From the IMG/VR virus record IMGVR_UViG_3300025132_007963, positions 96,001-160,000 of that record: a stretch of DNA of 64,000 bases; one strand, 5' to 3'. Of the stretch, positions 26,701-34,123 are shown one piece after another. The stretch comes from a virus. A program made the translations under genes and the position numbers. Under the pieces are notes generated by a model. The model saw only the letters and a program-made list of their open reading frames with translations. It did not search any database and was not told the origin of the DNA. Numbering within the stretch: the first letter of the stretch is position 1; each line of letters begins with the position of its first letter.

Positions 26701-29600
26701 TTTTCAAAATTTTGCATTTTTGAAGAAAATAAATATTCCACATCAATGCTAGATGTTGAGCTAGGAGCAAAGTCGAAGCCTCTACCAGGATGCTTAACCC
26801 CCGCTATCTCTCCAATTATTCCATAGTTTTGCTTTTCCACCATAGAGCCAGAAGAAAAATCGTTTACTATTAAGTTTCCTCCAGCTGTAGAGCCGGTAAC
26901 ATCTCCAAAATCCCAAGCTAAAGCAAGCGTTTTTATTTTTGGTATACTGTTATTGCCTACAATATTAAAAGCATAAGTATTCTGTTGAGGGTGCAACACA
27001 CCATAGGATGCTGGATCTATAGCGTGTGCTTTAATTTCTTCGTTATCAAGGTGCGTTGCCCAGTGCCTTACTGAACTTATCTTAACGTCACTTAATGCTA
27101 ATACTGATCCAGTGTAGTTTTCTCTGTGTGCACCAATATAAATCTTTTTTGAATATTGTTGAAACCTTTCTCCAACCGCATTTGTTAATGTTCTGCTTAT
27201 AGAAAATTCATTTTGTATTGTACCCGCGTCTGCTTGAACACCATATAGTTCTGCGGTATATACGGATGCTGCTCCTGAAATAGCTGATCCAAAATCCGGA
27301 TTTTTTGGACTAACTCGAACTGCTAAATTCCATTTTTTATTATCATAGACATCTTTTATAATTGCAGTTTCAACAGCATCGATAAGACCTGATGTAGACT
27401 TTAAAACAAACTTTGCGTGTTTAGAATCTTTTGTTTCTTTTACTGCGTATACTTCATAGTTTGCAAAGTCTTTATTAGCTGGCCTAAATTCATCAGTGTC
27501 TCCGCTTCCTAGTGCAGTATGTGCACCGAACAAGGAACTTGATTGTGGGGTAGAAACATAATTTGTTGAAGATTTGTTAAACTTCTTTGGAAATATTATT
27601 TCTGCTTGAGTTGTAAAGGCAAGACCTACGGTTCCCTCTGCATGCGAACCACTTATAAAACCATCTTTTGGGCTAGCGTCTGATGCATAGCTTGAACTAT
27701 ACTGATATATTGTTGCTTTGTAGTGTGATGGAGTAGAAAAATTAGCGTATCTTTTTTTAACTGATGTTTGTCTGTATTTAGTCTCTAGAGGGTATGTGAT
27801 ACGATCAGCATACATATTTATTCTTATAAGATTTTCATCTAGCCCAAAACAGCGGAACATGTTTCGAAAAGACTTTTCTGTGCCTTTTGATTTGTAAATA
27901 TAAACAAGATTATTGTATATGTTTTGATATATAAAGTTCTTAATATCATGAAGGCTTTGCTCATAAACCTTTTTGTCATCTCTCTTTGCAAGAGAGTTAA
28001 TTACATCTGCGTCAATAAACAACTCAGGAACATCTAAACCTCTTGCTCTAAGCATGGCATCCACAAATGGATATGGCTTTTTATTAAAATCCTCGTACCT
28101 TTCGTGCTTTAGGCTCGACAAAGATTGAATTTGTAACCACAAATTATCACAATACGATGCAATTATTTGTGATAATTTTTTTAAATTACCATCAATACCA
28201 TCTTCATCCACCATAAATTCTGGAAAACTGAAAAATAAATTTGACGTATTTGAATAATCGTAAGCTCTACCTAGTTCTTTTTTGTCTTGAATGTAGGCCG
28301 CAACTTTTGGATTTTCAACATGTATAATTGGATCTTTAAATTCTGTTGCGGAAGCCGAAGATTCCACAATCGCAGATTTAACTGATCTGGCCACTGAACT
28401 ATAGCCAACCCAAGCACCATTCGTTGCCCGACCGGCGTAATCTAGAACAACTTGGTCTATACTAGATGACGTTGATATACCTTCATTAAATTTATAATAA
28501 ACACCTAACTTTGTGTTTGAATCATCTGTATTTGTGCCGCCATGTACTTGAGTAAACCAATTAAGAGATATTTCTTTTTCTGTTCTTCTTGTTTTCCAGT
28601 ATCTAAATTCATCAATTGATCCGGATAGTTTACCAAAACCTAAACCTGGGTTTATATTGACAGGTATGGAGAAATCTGTGTTGTCTGACTTTCCGGCTGC
28701 TAGGGCACCTATTGTTCCAATAAGTGGCCTATTGATAGCTCCAATGGTTGAACCAGTTTCAAAATAATGATTAAACTGACCGTCGACATAACAAGTTACT
28801 CCAACTGCGCTACCAGTGTTCCTGAGAGCAAAAGCATAATGATGCCATTCACCATCAGAAGCACTATTGTATAATCCTGCAGCTCCGGAAACATAAGAGT
28901 TTATAAAACCAGAAGAGCCAGATCGATAGGTTATAACCCACGGAGAATCTTCTTGTGGTCGAGTTCTATCTAGCTCAATAGTAAAGCGACCATACTTATG
29001 GTCGCCTGGCTGTGAACCAGATGGCCAAACATCTAAAATAACCTCTTTTTTTGTTAGGCTTTGATATCCAGATTTTTTTAACCAAAACTCTACAGTGTTA
29101 CCCTTAGCACCATTTATCTCTAAGTTTGATGTTCTATTACTAGCAGTTGACCAAACATTATTAATGTTTGGCCCGCCTTTAATTAATATATATTCTTTTG
29201 TAGCTGGGTTGGCGTAATTGCCAGATAAAGATACTCTGGATCCCCAACCTGATGGGGAAAACTTTGCATACCCGGTTGATCTAGGGTAGCCATCTTTGAA
29301 AACGTGTAAGTCTAAACCGTTTGATTCATTAATCCATTTTTGTTTTTCGTGAGCTGAACCGTCGTAAGGATACAGTTCGTAAATTCTTTTTGTTGCTACA
29401 TTATAATATTCTTCAGCAGATCCAAATTTTGCAAAATTAGAAGCTGTGGCATAATCTACATGTGGCTCAAATCTAAACTTATCTTCAATATATGAATCTA
29501 CAAAAAACTCAGATTCTATATCTTGTTTAAGATCTTCAACAGACTTATTAGCTAAGACGTGTTTAGACGCCTTTTTATCAAACAGATCTTTTAAGCTCAT
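17712..29600 (-). CDS. giant (3962 aa) baseplate/tail protein with multiple LamG (concanavalin A-like) domains; gp7-like by position
   Basis: LamG signatures: TVEFWLK...WHHYAF...CYVDG...GSIDEFRYWK; WNLAVRV...ISSVRHW; TVGAWIYF...WYFVAF...IDEVTIWN...LIGWYRMGD; lies downstream of the gp25 and gp6 homologues. Confidence 0.7.
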   Translation of the reverse strand: MSLKDLFDKKASKHVLANKSVEDLKQDIESEFFVDSYIEDKFRFEPHVDYATASNFAKFGSAEEYYNVATKRIYELYPYDGSAHEKQKWINESNGLDLHVFKDGYPRSTGYAKFSPSGWGSRVSLSGNYANPATKEYILIKGGPNINNVWSTASNRTSNLEINGAKGNTVEFWLKKSGYQSLTKKEVILDVWPSGSQPGDHKYGRFTIELDRTRPQEDSPWVITYRSGSSGFINSYVSGAAGLYNSASDGEWHHYAFALRNTGSAVGVTCYVDGQFNHYFETGSTIGAINRPLIGTIGALAAGKSDNTDFSIPVNINPGLGFGKLSGSIDEFRYWKTRRTEKEISLNWFTQVHGGTNTDDSNTKLGVYYKFNEGISTSSSIDQVVLDYAGRATNGAWVGYSSVARSVKSAIVESSASATEFKDPIIHVENPKVAAYIQDKKELGRAYDYSNTSNLFFSFPEFMVDEDGIDGNLKKLSQIIASYCDNLWLQIQSLSSLKHERYEDFNKKPYPFVDAMLRARGLDVPELFIDADVINSLAKRDDKKVYEQSLHDIKNFIYQNIYNNLVYIYKSKGTEKSFRNMFRCFGLDENLIRINMYADRITYPLETKYRQTSVKKRYANFSTPSHYKATIYQYSSSYASDASPKDGFISGSHAEGTVGLAFTTQAEIIFPKKFNKSSTNYVSTPQSSSLFGAHTALGSGDTDEFRPANKDFANYEVYAVKETKDSKHAKFVLKSTSGLIDAVETAIIKDVYDNKKWNLAVRVSPKNPDFGSAISGAASVYTAELYGVQADAGTIQNEFSISRTLTNAVGERFQQYSKKIYIGAHRENYTGSVLALSDVKISSVRHWATHLDNEEIKAHAIDPASYGVLHPQQNTYAFNIVGNNSIPKIKTLALAWDFGDVTGSTAGGNLIVNDFSSGSMVEKQNYGIIGEIAGVKHPGRGFDFAPSSTSSIDVEYLFSSKMQNFENVHSSDMIRVPSRDDVTFTRETRPVNHHFSLEKSMYQGISDEMIDMFATVREFNNLIGDPIHRYRQQYKSMEHLRQLFFNNIENTPDVERYIEFYKWVDQSISDVVDQLRPATANMSDDIRNVIESHALERNKYWSKLPFLEKKQEDPENHPGAAGINELLYNWKFGHAPLETHTGIYAPTGSAGLDQSKNTFWWKNRVERTDVSVSTGDEAVDADREKLRKAINTQVSGNTFAARALSKPYRLVVQLDPVIHSGDNFHLNKKKDFYLSTTNPNNKDFIKINAADLDFGPDRDDVLRPKLIVNNNIFEKKKARGPADISNTNKDHDINTIAPFSIYSSSVDAPTDYKAELFDRFKQGVDITNLHSDAYGEDREIPMQSPFTEFHVGGHFHRHVEINHSESLGPSLKKPKAGIKGLDTHIDRVEAFYISASNSQLFVLGPDQQEKDNPSLTGSIAGRTHVLRDPLAKRPVNIRNIKTTTSSLNLGNYTHDYEIVQGTSVDVSPVFLIRTGSVVDLSVSGSSDLVLGLRDRTKLSRPIRKNVIISRFSAPGDPKTMGDSQGGPELDFQTTQYSVFNTMNYRNLSVRYPLDSFLTIAARKNYVTTNANTASFHKTYRNTTYLPTDKDTFLETGVRDQNNNAFIQRQIPQSDLNYLWITSSALETTSSFIGYSHDFTIPIGANSGYQTSSHVKSQEQTELTFVSASDVGGGKFSGFGQQSFDFNSRPYFEKYADSVGNASFGNFIPVGFWGSNAIIVDPISGSDNNTLGFDPDIGPLRVGSEITEGTGRDFANDMSGSAFITNIKSGGSYPTLGYLNDTNFAGLNLTRKVRAVTTRAGYGDQGDVILLNGLILNRQGPYGWPSWKQIRVGQDNKVARFLRKNNIYAPAVVSTLGHDKLMFPVGSAMNKIMDRTRSPEDLNSMLYNYTRGYSWPNNTLHSFKRQRPRIPLHTLEEGSERLRKARKMRFDTRVDVQHYRFTESAAITNTNRLQGMTFRITTFDDVDDFRNIRGIGNHRVIREKAPYFPENKYRMFSNPGFNRIMSLELNEETIASETKKQIKNLSENLLEQNNFRFADSVINDLQAKGVRVSPALSRLVPEFQDQAFVMLKQTIYPTFENSLKTRTIKRERFKIDWWFEDADSRYRAHSPNARKDHRFDDWVIHDRAGAKSTTQLPLLSRIYLSSNPNAYPQKALEKKLKYGETYFADIGDLYFNNGLAPEPTSSHAWFDTMGTPQHPARGIGYVNTLPFGKTLGHPHFIGRLPSRNTSDYFSGLFYLLDSSNQPLERGARAGNLYLVANRFGPTQAGASEHYRDSGSHRVLFPFHPEHHGARYKNSAWPLDAQPGFGLSGELNLGTDTPGNFGPEGVLVHNSNFFRSGSNPGSYRYTSQGMHKYDPKPSPVYARKFPETPVIYRIAFASNDKTDYDEQGIVLFPFSVSASFPDPATQALHNETSTGGSNFSGPTNNGDGFITLIFQSSSARTAEGPDVRRPHTGSLFFINLTSSVSTPTDICKEFVQHFTPVEDPSTSASDFSSLALLRQINRTVINVEQLKDNAGNLTATASITFRNAPVAENSDRPNLYFVGDPVNNNYISYHSSTGSKHDINPFIIQGPAGSTRLGGAAKWEAGSQSGCSPFPYKDYDDWFEQIKHMGRDYSQVPEFRISEFIGTYSNRLANGATGTTYTGDGSDALYTGDAFWYGDMAWQGCPEKLQLSGANYSYQRSNQENFYKVYSNSDFIRNFNVVDNAMKENGYSKRSITLTAKAIKKLLPYRGFYPVQRTLQLAEYFSSSYAADKRITSNRQNYLGSFRNYIAPFFAPGITYNSIKSGISVDYPIFVPKKDRTFNRFGTLFAANDNNWVQIGDSADFGDLLTGSLSPTPHDPGITVGAWIYFPDAQDRAVDNITEDNFSILSLCDKNGHYDGLKFAYRGGRFELHMGLSDASQYVQFTSGDAGAFWQTNTWYFVAFTKKLGNTDASSKKPAFYAKWPADGYGSSVNYYSGTGVGYYSYNGGTVNENNIFAGSKPGDCRIGNHYFSSTKVVHSGSSGSATGLNGRLFTSANVIIDEVTIWNTNLDFWQVSALGGGGPKGAGPVQPISAVSSSLHNHLIGWYRMGDDTGYNRIEVSQSNMTDASPMLNHAVFHNPQLGHPRNQNHIRSGDTLSGSVSAANLSITKPKFEGFKDDIHGEGNDAHTAANTASLIQKGFGIVDVTTIKQRYRTFDGTLSDAQFIDLKHANGSLAHLTGALKYPSYITGSSFNETADHGIPRIGSASWGALGGRIGTGDANSLNRTFWVNQDAGIQRVERIPFEAVIDPRLLPSSEEKEVDGVIADYLTIWDNEPHPSASLQPTTAMRATEARSYDLIYGNYAGGPLSTPANLAIFDNAMTSSALTSSINLTELRRREGAGIGTQYRLAANNFYAESMNFFLENRAPVMLATADTLDHDPTGERNTYIMTLELNRPLDGDFPMYNRASAFGPPVDAGHVPYNEMFSEAGRGRGAHGFSPFTPPHYEGRSLVTYTFTPGTGSYATPSGELLVQNVLQQIKTLDGFAESGPKIQFARLTAMTGATGEGRDQKLTKKKLATDAFNHGLGFRAATALSSLNKTHAMQLSSSIAGLDLAENALIQSFQGNDPTQPSLRFSTVFHPRWEGPSLSFKDASCTAPLPLGLTTTKGLWHQYGLPAETSNFSFRGPRTRRRRFRDLSKLLGLHFRKNGRAVEGQSKPLGQIATERRIKEAVIAVPFRYAGKPRQIKDHGRKLLSTKNQGKEFFTLPNPEKLYKAVHNFTFKFKDAKEFKKEYLDSLEQERGAPISTGHPYKKMAGAMIDYVFPPSMNWLKYSGDSDSVATSAGKPYVPPFLYFVMEFDTTLDQEDLSKIWQNLMPKIGQDSFNKDGESITQKTSFTVPLDTDDYSGDLSSGLSLLPELDTEEADEIKWMVFKVKQRAETNYFEKINRDKLPFDHPNKLPTIEQFMEYGYNWPYDYFSLVELVKIDAEVAYAVDKDDEE

Positions 29601-29607
29601 TAACTAA

Positions 29608-31890
29608 TCACTCAACTCTAAATTTAAATATCTCTTCTTGCTCTACGTTTCTCCCATCAACTTCGAGAGAAAGCTTAAGGCCGTATGCATAGTTTTCTTC
29701 AAGTAAAGACATATCTAAGTCAAAATAATTACCGTTTATATCATATGAAAGTTTTGTATATGGGTTTCCACTACCTGATCCATATGTTATAACATCAAAA
29801 TCGTCTTTAATTCTAAAAATCCTATAATACGCTTTTTCAACAATGTACGGCTCAATTGTTTGAGTTGCCTTAGTATAAATATTTGGGCTCCAATCTTTTT
29901 CTCTAATAAAAACTCTAAATCTAACCTTGTCTGATTGTGAGTAGGAAGGTTTTAAGTTTTTAATTGAAGTTGCATACCTTGTATTTGGCATATAATTTAA
30001 AGATTCTATCTTCTTTACAGTGAAAACAGAACCAGTTACCAGTTGTATACCTTGAAGAACGCCTGTTGGTTTACTCCAAACCTCAAATATTTCTTTACTA
30101 GATCCGGTGAATGCAAAAGATGCAGAATAAATTCCAGTTGACACCCAACCACCTGAAACAACTGTTGAATTATTAGTTGTCACTCCGCCACCAATGGGTA
30201 AGCTTATTGGCTTTATTACATTATTCTTTATATTTCCTGATGGGAAAACTTGTAGATGTATGCTAGTGTGAGCATCATTGCTACCCGAAGCACCACCAAG
30301 AACTGGTATATTTCTGAGTTGGCCACGCACAAAATTGTATAAATATAGAGTGTTTAAGTTATCTTCACCAGAAGCTAAGGAACTACTTCTAAAAAAGTTA
30401 GCTCGATCATCCAAGATTGAATCGTCCCATCGAGCCTCAATTGCTGGTCTCTTATAGAAAAATTCAGATGTTCTAGAAAAGAATTTTTTAGTGTAATAAG
30501 ATCTTCCTCTAGTGCCGTCCTCAAAAGACCCTGACATTTTTAGCATGACGCCATAATTTTCTCTATCTGTATCAACAGTATCTTCAGCTGCTAACCACTC
30601 TTCGACAAGTGCAGTTATGTTAACATCTAAATTTTCTGTACCGATTGAAAAATTCTTAACATAGTGCGGTAAATTTTTACCAGGAGTGTATCCAACCTCA
30701 TGAAAGTCTCCTCCAGCATTTACCCAGCGAGATTGACCACCTGATTGAACTGTTGCAACAGTTAAATAATCATTAGTTATACTACCTGTAAAAGAACCCG
30801 AAACACCCGCAGTGCTGTTATTCACAGATCTAACTGTTGCCCCCGTTGAATCTTCAGTGTCTTCAACTGATATAGAGGCTGATATTTTTATGTCTGCATT
30901 GTGTATTGACCTTTTAATTTGTCTTGCAATATGGTTAACTGTTGTGATGGCAGAAGAGGTTAAAGGCACAGCAACCTCAGTTCCTTGGGGGTTTGGGCCA
31001 CCCTGTGAAGTTCCACCGGTGAAGTTTGTTACAGATATACCATCAGGACCTGCGTCTGTCAGTGCCGTTGAAACATTCCCTTGAGTTCCACCTACAGATT
31101 GAGTTACGGTTACAACCCCAGCCACCCGGGTTGCTTCAAACTCTGTTAAACCATTTAAAGCCGTAGTTAAGTTTGCCGCTGTGTTTGCGGCAGAGCCGTT
31201 AACAATTGCAAAAGTGGGGCTAGTTGTGTTTGAGTTTGTTGTTGCTCCACCATGAGCTGTTACAGTCATTGTGTAAGTTGTACCAGCAGTAGAATCAAAT
31301 ACTATGGTGTCAGCAGCACCCATGTTTCCAACATTTGCAATGGTAAAAGAAGCTGTTGCTTTTGAAGAGTTATCAAACCAAAAGTTATATTTTACATTAT
31401 CGCCATTATGTAAAACAAAATATTTTCCCTCTAGATTTGTCTTTATTGCAGTTCGAACTTTTATATCCGTTGTGTGTGCTAGTTTTGTTGTTGACGCCTT
31501 TACCCAGTTAGAAACACCTTCGTCTGAATATTCTTCCATATCCAAACCTTGGCCCTCTGACCAGGATTTCGAAATAGGTAGAACTTGCATATCGAAATTT
31601 TTTGGTAGTGTTTGACCATGAGGTGTATTAAACATTCTCAAAAAAAACTTTACACTACCAGATTCTGGTATGGTGCCGGCAGATCTGTCTGTTTTCACTG
31701 TACTAATTGGAAAGTTAACTAAAGCTCTTGCTTTCTCAACAGATGCCGATGTGGCATGACCATAAATTGAAAAAACCTCTAATACGTCTGAAGCTCCCAT
31801 GTTAGATCCTGTTCCGCGAGTTTGGAGATCTTGCTTGAAAGCGTTTGTTATTGTATTATCAGCTGTTGCAACATATCTTTTTATAGCCAT
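29608..31890 (-). CDS. virion/baseplate structural protein (760 aa) with nested inserted modules
   Basis: Follows the gp6-like gene; contains a ~250-aa Ser/Thr/Gly/Ala-rich block between SNWVKAS and WVNAGGDF. Confidence 0.6.
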   Translation of the reverse strand: MAIKRYVATADNTITNAFKQDLQTRGTGSNMGASDVLEVFSIYGHATSASVEKARALVNFPISTVKTDRSAGTIPESGSVKFFLRMFNTPHGQTLPKNFDMQVLPISKSWSEGQGLDMEEYSDEGVSNWVKASTTKLAHTTDIKVRTAIKTNLEGKYFVLHNGDNVKYNFWFDNSSKATASFTIANVGNMGAADTIVFDSTAGTTYTMTVTAHGGATTNSNTTSPTFAIVNGSAANTAANLTTALNGLTEFEATRVAGVVTVTQSVGGTQGNVSTALTDAGPDGISVTNFTGGTSQGGPNPQGTEVAVPLTSSAITTVNHIARQIKRSIHNADIKISASISVEDTEDSTGATVRSVNNSTAGVSGSFTGSITNDYLTVATVQSGGQSRWVNAGGDFHEVGYTPGKNLPHYVKNFSIGTENLDVNITALVEEWLAAEDTVDTDRENYGVMLKMSGSFEDGTRGRSYYTKKFFSRTSEFFYKRPAIEARWDDSILDDRANFFRSSSLASGEDNLNTLYLYNFVRGQLRNIPVLGGASGSNDAHTSIHLQVFPSGNIKNNVIKPISLPIGGGVTTNNSTVVSGGWVSTGIYSASFAFTGSSKEIFEVWSKPTGVLQGIQLVTGSVFTVKKIESLNYMPNTRYATSIKNLKPSYSQSDKVRFRVFIREKDWSPNIYTKATQTIEPYIVEKAYYRIFRIKDDFDVITYGSGSGNPYTKLSYDINGNYFDLDMSLLEENYAYGLKLSLEVDGRNVEQEEIFKFRVE
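31012..31362 (-). repeat. ~117-aa protein module, copy 2 (KATASFTI...TTNSNTTSPTFAI...FTGG)
   Basis: Colinear similarity to 16573-16944. Confidence 0.8.
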
Positions 31891-31891
31891 C

Positions 31892-33688
31892 TTACAATAT
31901 ATTCCCCTTGATATCCACGTTAGGGTATTTTAATTCAAAAATATAAGTTCTTGGTGGGATTATAGATCTCCCGTCTGTGGATGTCTTTTCTTTAATATCA
32001 CAAATAGTTTCCGAATATGGCGCGCCAACTTTATTTATAATGCGGACATCCTTTACATCTAAAATGCCCTCAACGCCTTTTAAGGCAGACCAAAAATCAG
32101 ATATATACAAAGGTTCGCCTAGCTCTTTCTGTACTTTAAATTCATCTTCAATAGCTTTCGAGGCCAACCTCAATGTTGCAAACTTATTGCTTTTTGGATT
32201 AACCACCACATCATATTCTATGCCAATATTTACAATATAGCCATCTAAAATATCTATCGTATCATTAATCATCCTAACCCCATCCAGCCAAGTTTTTAAG
32301 TTATTTTTGATTGTTGGATTAGTTTTTGTCAAATGACCTTCTCTGTTTTCTGATAGTACATAAATATTTAAATTTCTTTTGAAGGAATCCGGATCTTTTT
32401 CAACGCAACAACGCTTTACTGCTCCAAATTTAGCTGGCATTGAATAAATTAAACTTTCGTAGTCTTCTCTTGTAACCGCTCTATTTTGAGTTGCAAAAGT
32501 ATTTAAAGCTCTAATCTTTATTTCTTCTGTGCTGGGTAAAGATACATCGCCTAATATTGGTTTTTCATTTGTCACTTCCAAAGATGAAACAACAAAATCT
32601 CTAGTGTCCTCTGACAATAGTGTAATATTTTTGAATTCTATAATTGGCTCCACAACTTTTGTTACGGAATTAGAAGAAGCATTAACATTGTCTTCTGTAT
32701 TAGATCTATAAACTATTCTAAGTGTTGTGCTTGATGGGGCTACGCCAAACTTATCTGTTGAACCTAGACTGGTTGGGTCTAAACTTGCATCAGAAACAAA
32801 ACTTCTGCCATGTCTCTTGAGCACAACATCGCTTGTATCTGCCAGTGATCCACTTAACAATTCTGAGTCTGACCCGTATCCAAACTGTATGAACGTTGTA
32901 TCATCATCGTGTTCAACAACAAACCTTCTTGGCACAGCGACCTTTTTCATTAAATTTGGCACGCCGTCATTTGTGCTATTTGTGTTTGGGATTGGCTTAA
33001 ACACAACATCTTGGGATAAGTGATCCACTTGTACAAATTCATGACCCTCTGAATCAAAAACAGAAACGACGTCTGCAATATTTTCACCAGGAAGCTCCAC
33101 TCTTAAAAATCTTTTAAATGCTCCAACTGTCTCAAACTCTTCCAAAAGTTCTCCAGAAACAACCTGGCCTTCGGACTTAATTGCATAATAAGTTGGTGCA
33201 CCGTTAGTTTCATCAACTCTAGCTACAATTATTTTATTTTCTGTATTAGAAAAATCAACATCTTCTAAAAGTGTAAACACGCCACCTTGATCTGAGGAGA
33301 ACCTAGTTCCTTCTTTTAGTGTAGCCGCAAATCTCATATCAGGTTCACCAGTGCTTGTAGAAGCAGGTATAAGGAGAAACAATTGTACAACGCCATAAGA
33401 GGACGGAGATTTGTTAAACTTATACCCTAATGTACGAGAGAGTTTTAGAATATTTTTATATTCAGCAGCAGTGTCTAGAAAAGATTCATTTGCTTGATAA
33501 TCCAAATAAAACGATAGCATATCTCCAATATACGCTACAGAATCTACTACAAATGAACCAAAAGATGCTTCGTTGAAGTCCTTATACGTATTTGGGTAGT
33601 ACCTTCTTGCATGCTCCAAGAGATCTCTTCTTATTGAAGTAAAGTCTCTGCTAGTATATTTTATTGGAATTATTTTATCGTCTGGCAT
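31892..33688 (-). CDS. baseplate wedge protein (T4 gp6 / baseplate J-like)
   Basis: YTSRDFTSIR..L...Y..DFNEAS...D..AY..D.LSFY.D..ANESFLDTA N-terminus; NRAVTREDY; adjacent to gp25 homologue. Confidence 0.85.
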   Translation of the reverse strand: MPDDKIIPIKYTSRDFTSIRRDLLEHARRYYPNTYKDFNEASFGSFVVDSVAYIGDMLSFYLDYQANESFLDTAAEYKNILKLSRTLGYKFNKSPSSYGVVQLFLLIPASTSTGEPDMRFAATLKEGTRFSSDQGGVFTLLEDVDFSNTENKIIVARVDETNGAPTYYAIKSEGQVVSGELLEEFETVGAFKRFLRVELPGENIADVVSVFDSEGHEFVQVDHLSQDVVFKPIPNTNSTNDGVPNLMKKVAVPRRFVVEHDDDTTFIQFGYGSDSELLSGSLADTSDVVLKRHGRSFVSDASLDPTSLGSTDKFGVAPSSTTLRIVYRSNTEDNVNASSNSVTKVVEPIIEFKNITLLSEDTRDFVVSSLEVTNEKPILGDVSLPSTEEIKIRALNTFATQNRAVTREDYESLIYSMPAKFGAVKRCCVEKDPDSFKRNLNIYVLSENREGHLTKTNPTIKNNLKTWLDGVRMINDTIDILDGYIVNIGIEYDVVVNPKSNKFATLRLASKAIEDEFKVQKELGEPLYISDFWSALKGVEGILDVKDVRIINKVGAPYSETICDIKEKTSTDGRSIIPPRTYIFELKYPNVDIKGNIL

Positions 33689-33710
33689 ATGCTTTGTGTC
33701 CCTTTTAAGA

Positions 33711-34109
33711 TTAAATAGCTCCCGGGATTGTTATTTCAAGATTATCCACAGTATCCAGGGGCAATATTTTATAATTTATTATGATTGTCAAAAGATTACT
33801 ATCGCTTTCAAATGATGCGTTTGGGCCTCCAAAATCAACATCCTCTAGCTCCACGAAGGGTAAATATATTTTAAACTGATCATAAATTCTAGATTTTATT
33901 CTTCCGAAACTTCTTTCATGATTTTGTTCAAACAATAAACTCCTAACACCACAGCCAAATTCAGGATCCATAACTTTTTCGCCTGGCGATGTTAAGACAA
34001 GCGTTCGAACGTTTTGCTTTATTGAATCAATAATAGATCTATTTAGTGCATAGCCAGCACCCTCTCTTTCATTTGCTACCAAGGGTAACTTTGGTGAAAT
34101 TCCAGACAT
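33711..34109 (-). CDS. baseplate wedge subunit, gp25/GPW family
   Basis: SIKQNVRTLVLTSPGEKVMDPEFGCGVRSLLFE motif; 132 aa; AGGAG SD. Confidence 0.9.
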   Translation of the reverse strand: MSGISPKLPLVANEREGAGYALNRSIIDSIKQNVRTLVLTSPGEKVMDPEFGCGVRSLLFEQNHERSFGRIKSRIYDQFKIYLPFVELEDVDFGGPNASFESDSNLLTIIINYKILPLDTVDNLEITIPGAI

Positions 34110-34123
34110 TTTAAAACTCCTAT

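Noticed and set aside
16573-31362. The two module copies as a diversity-generating retroelement TR/VR pair
   Set aside because: They are diverged at all nucleotide types rather than only at adenines, nucleotide identity is low, and there is no reverse transcriptase in the window.
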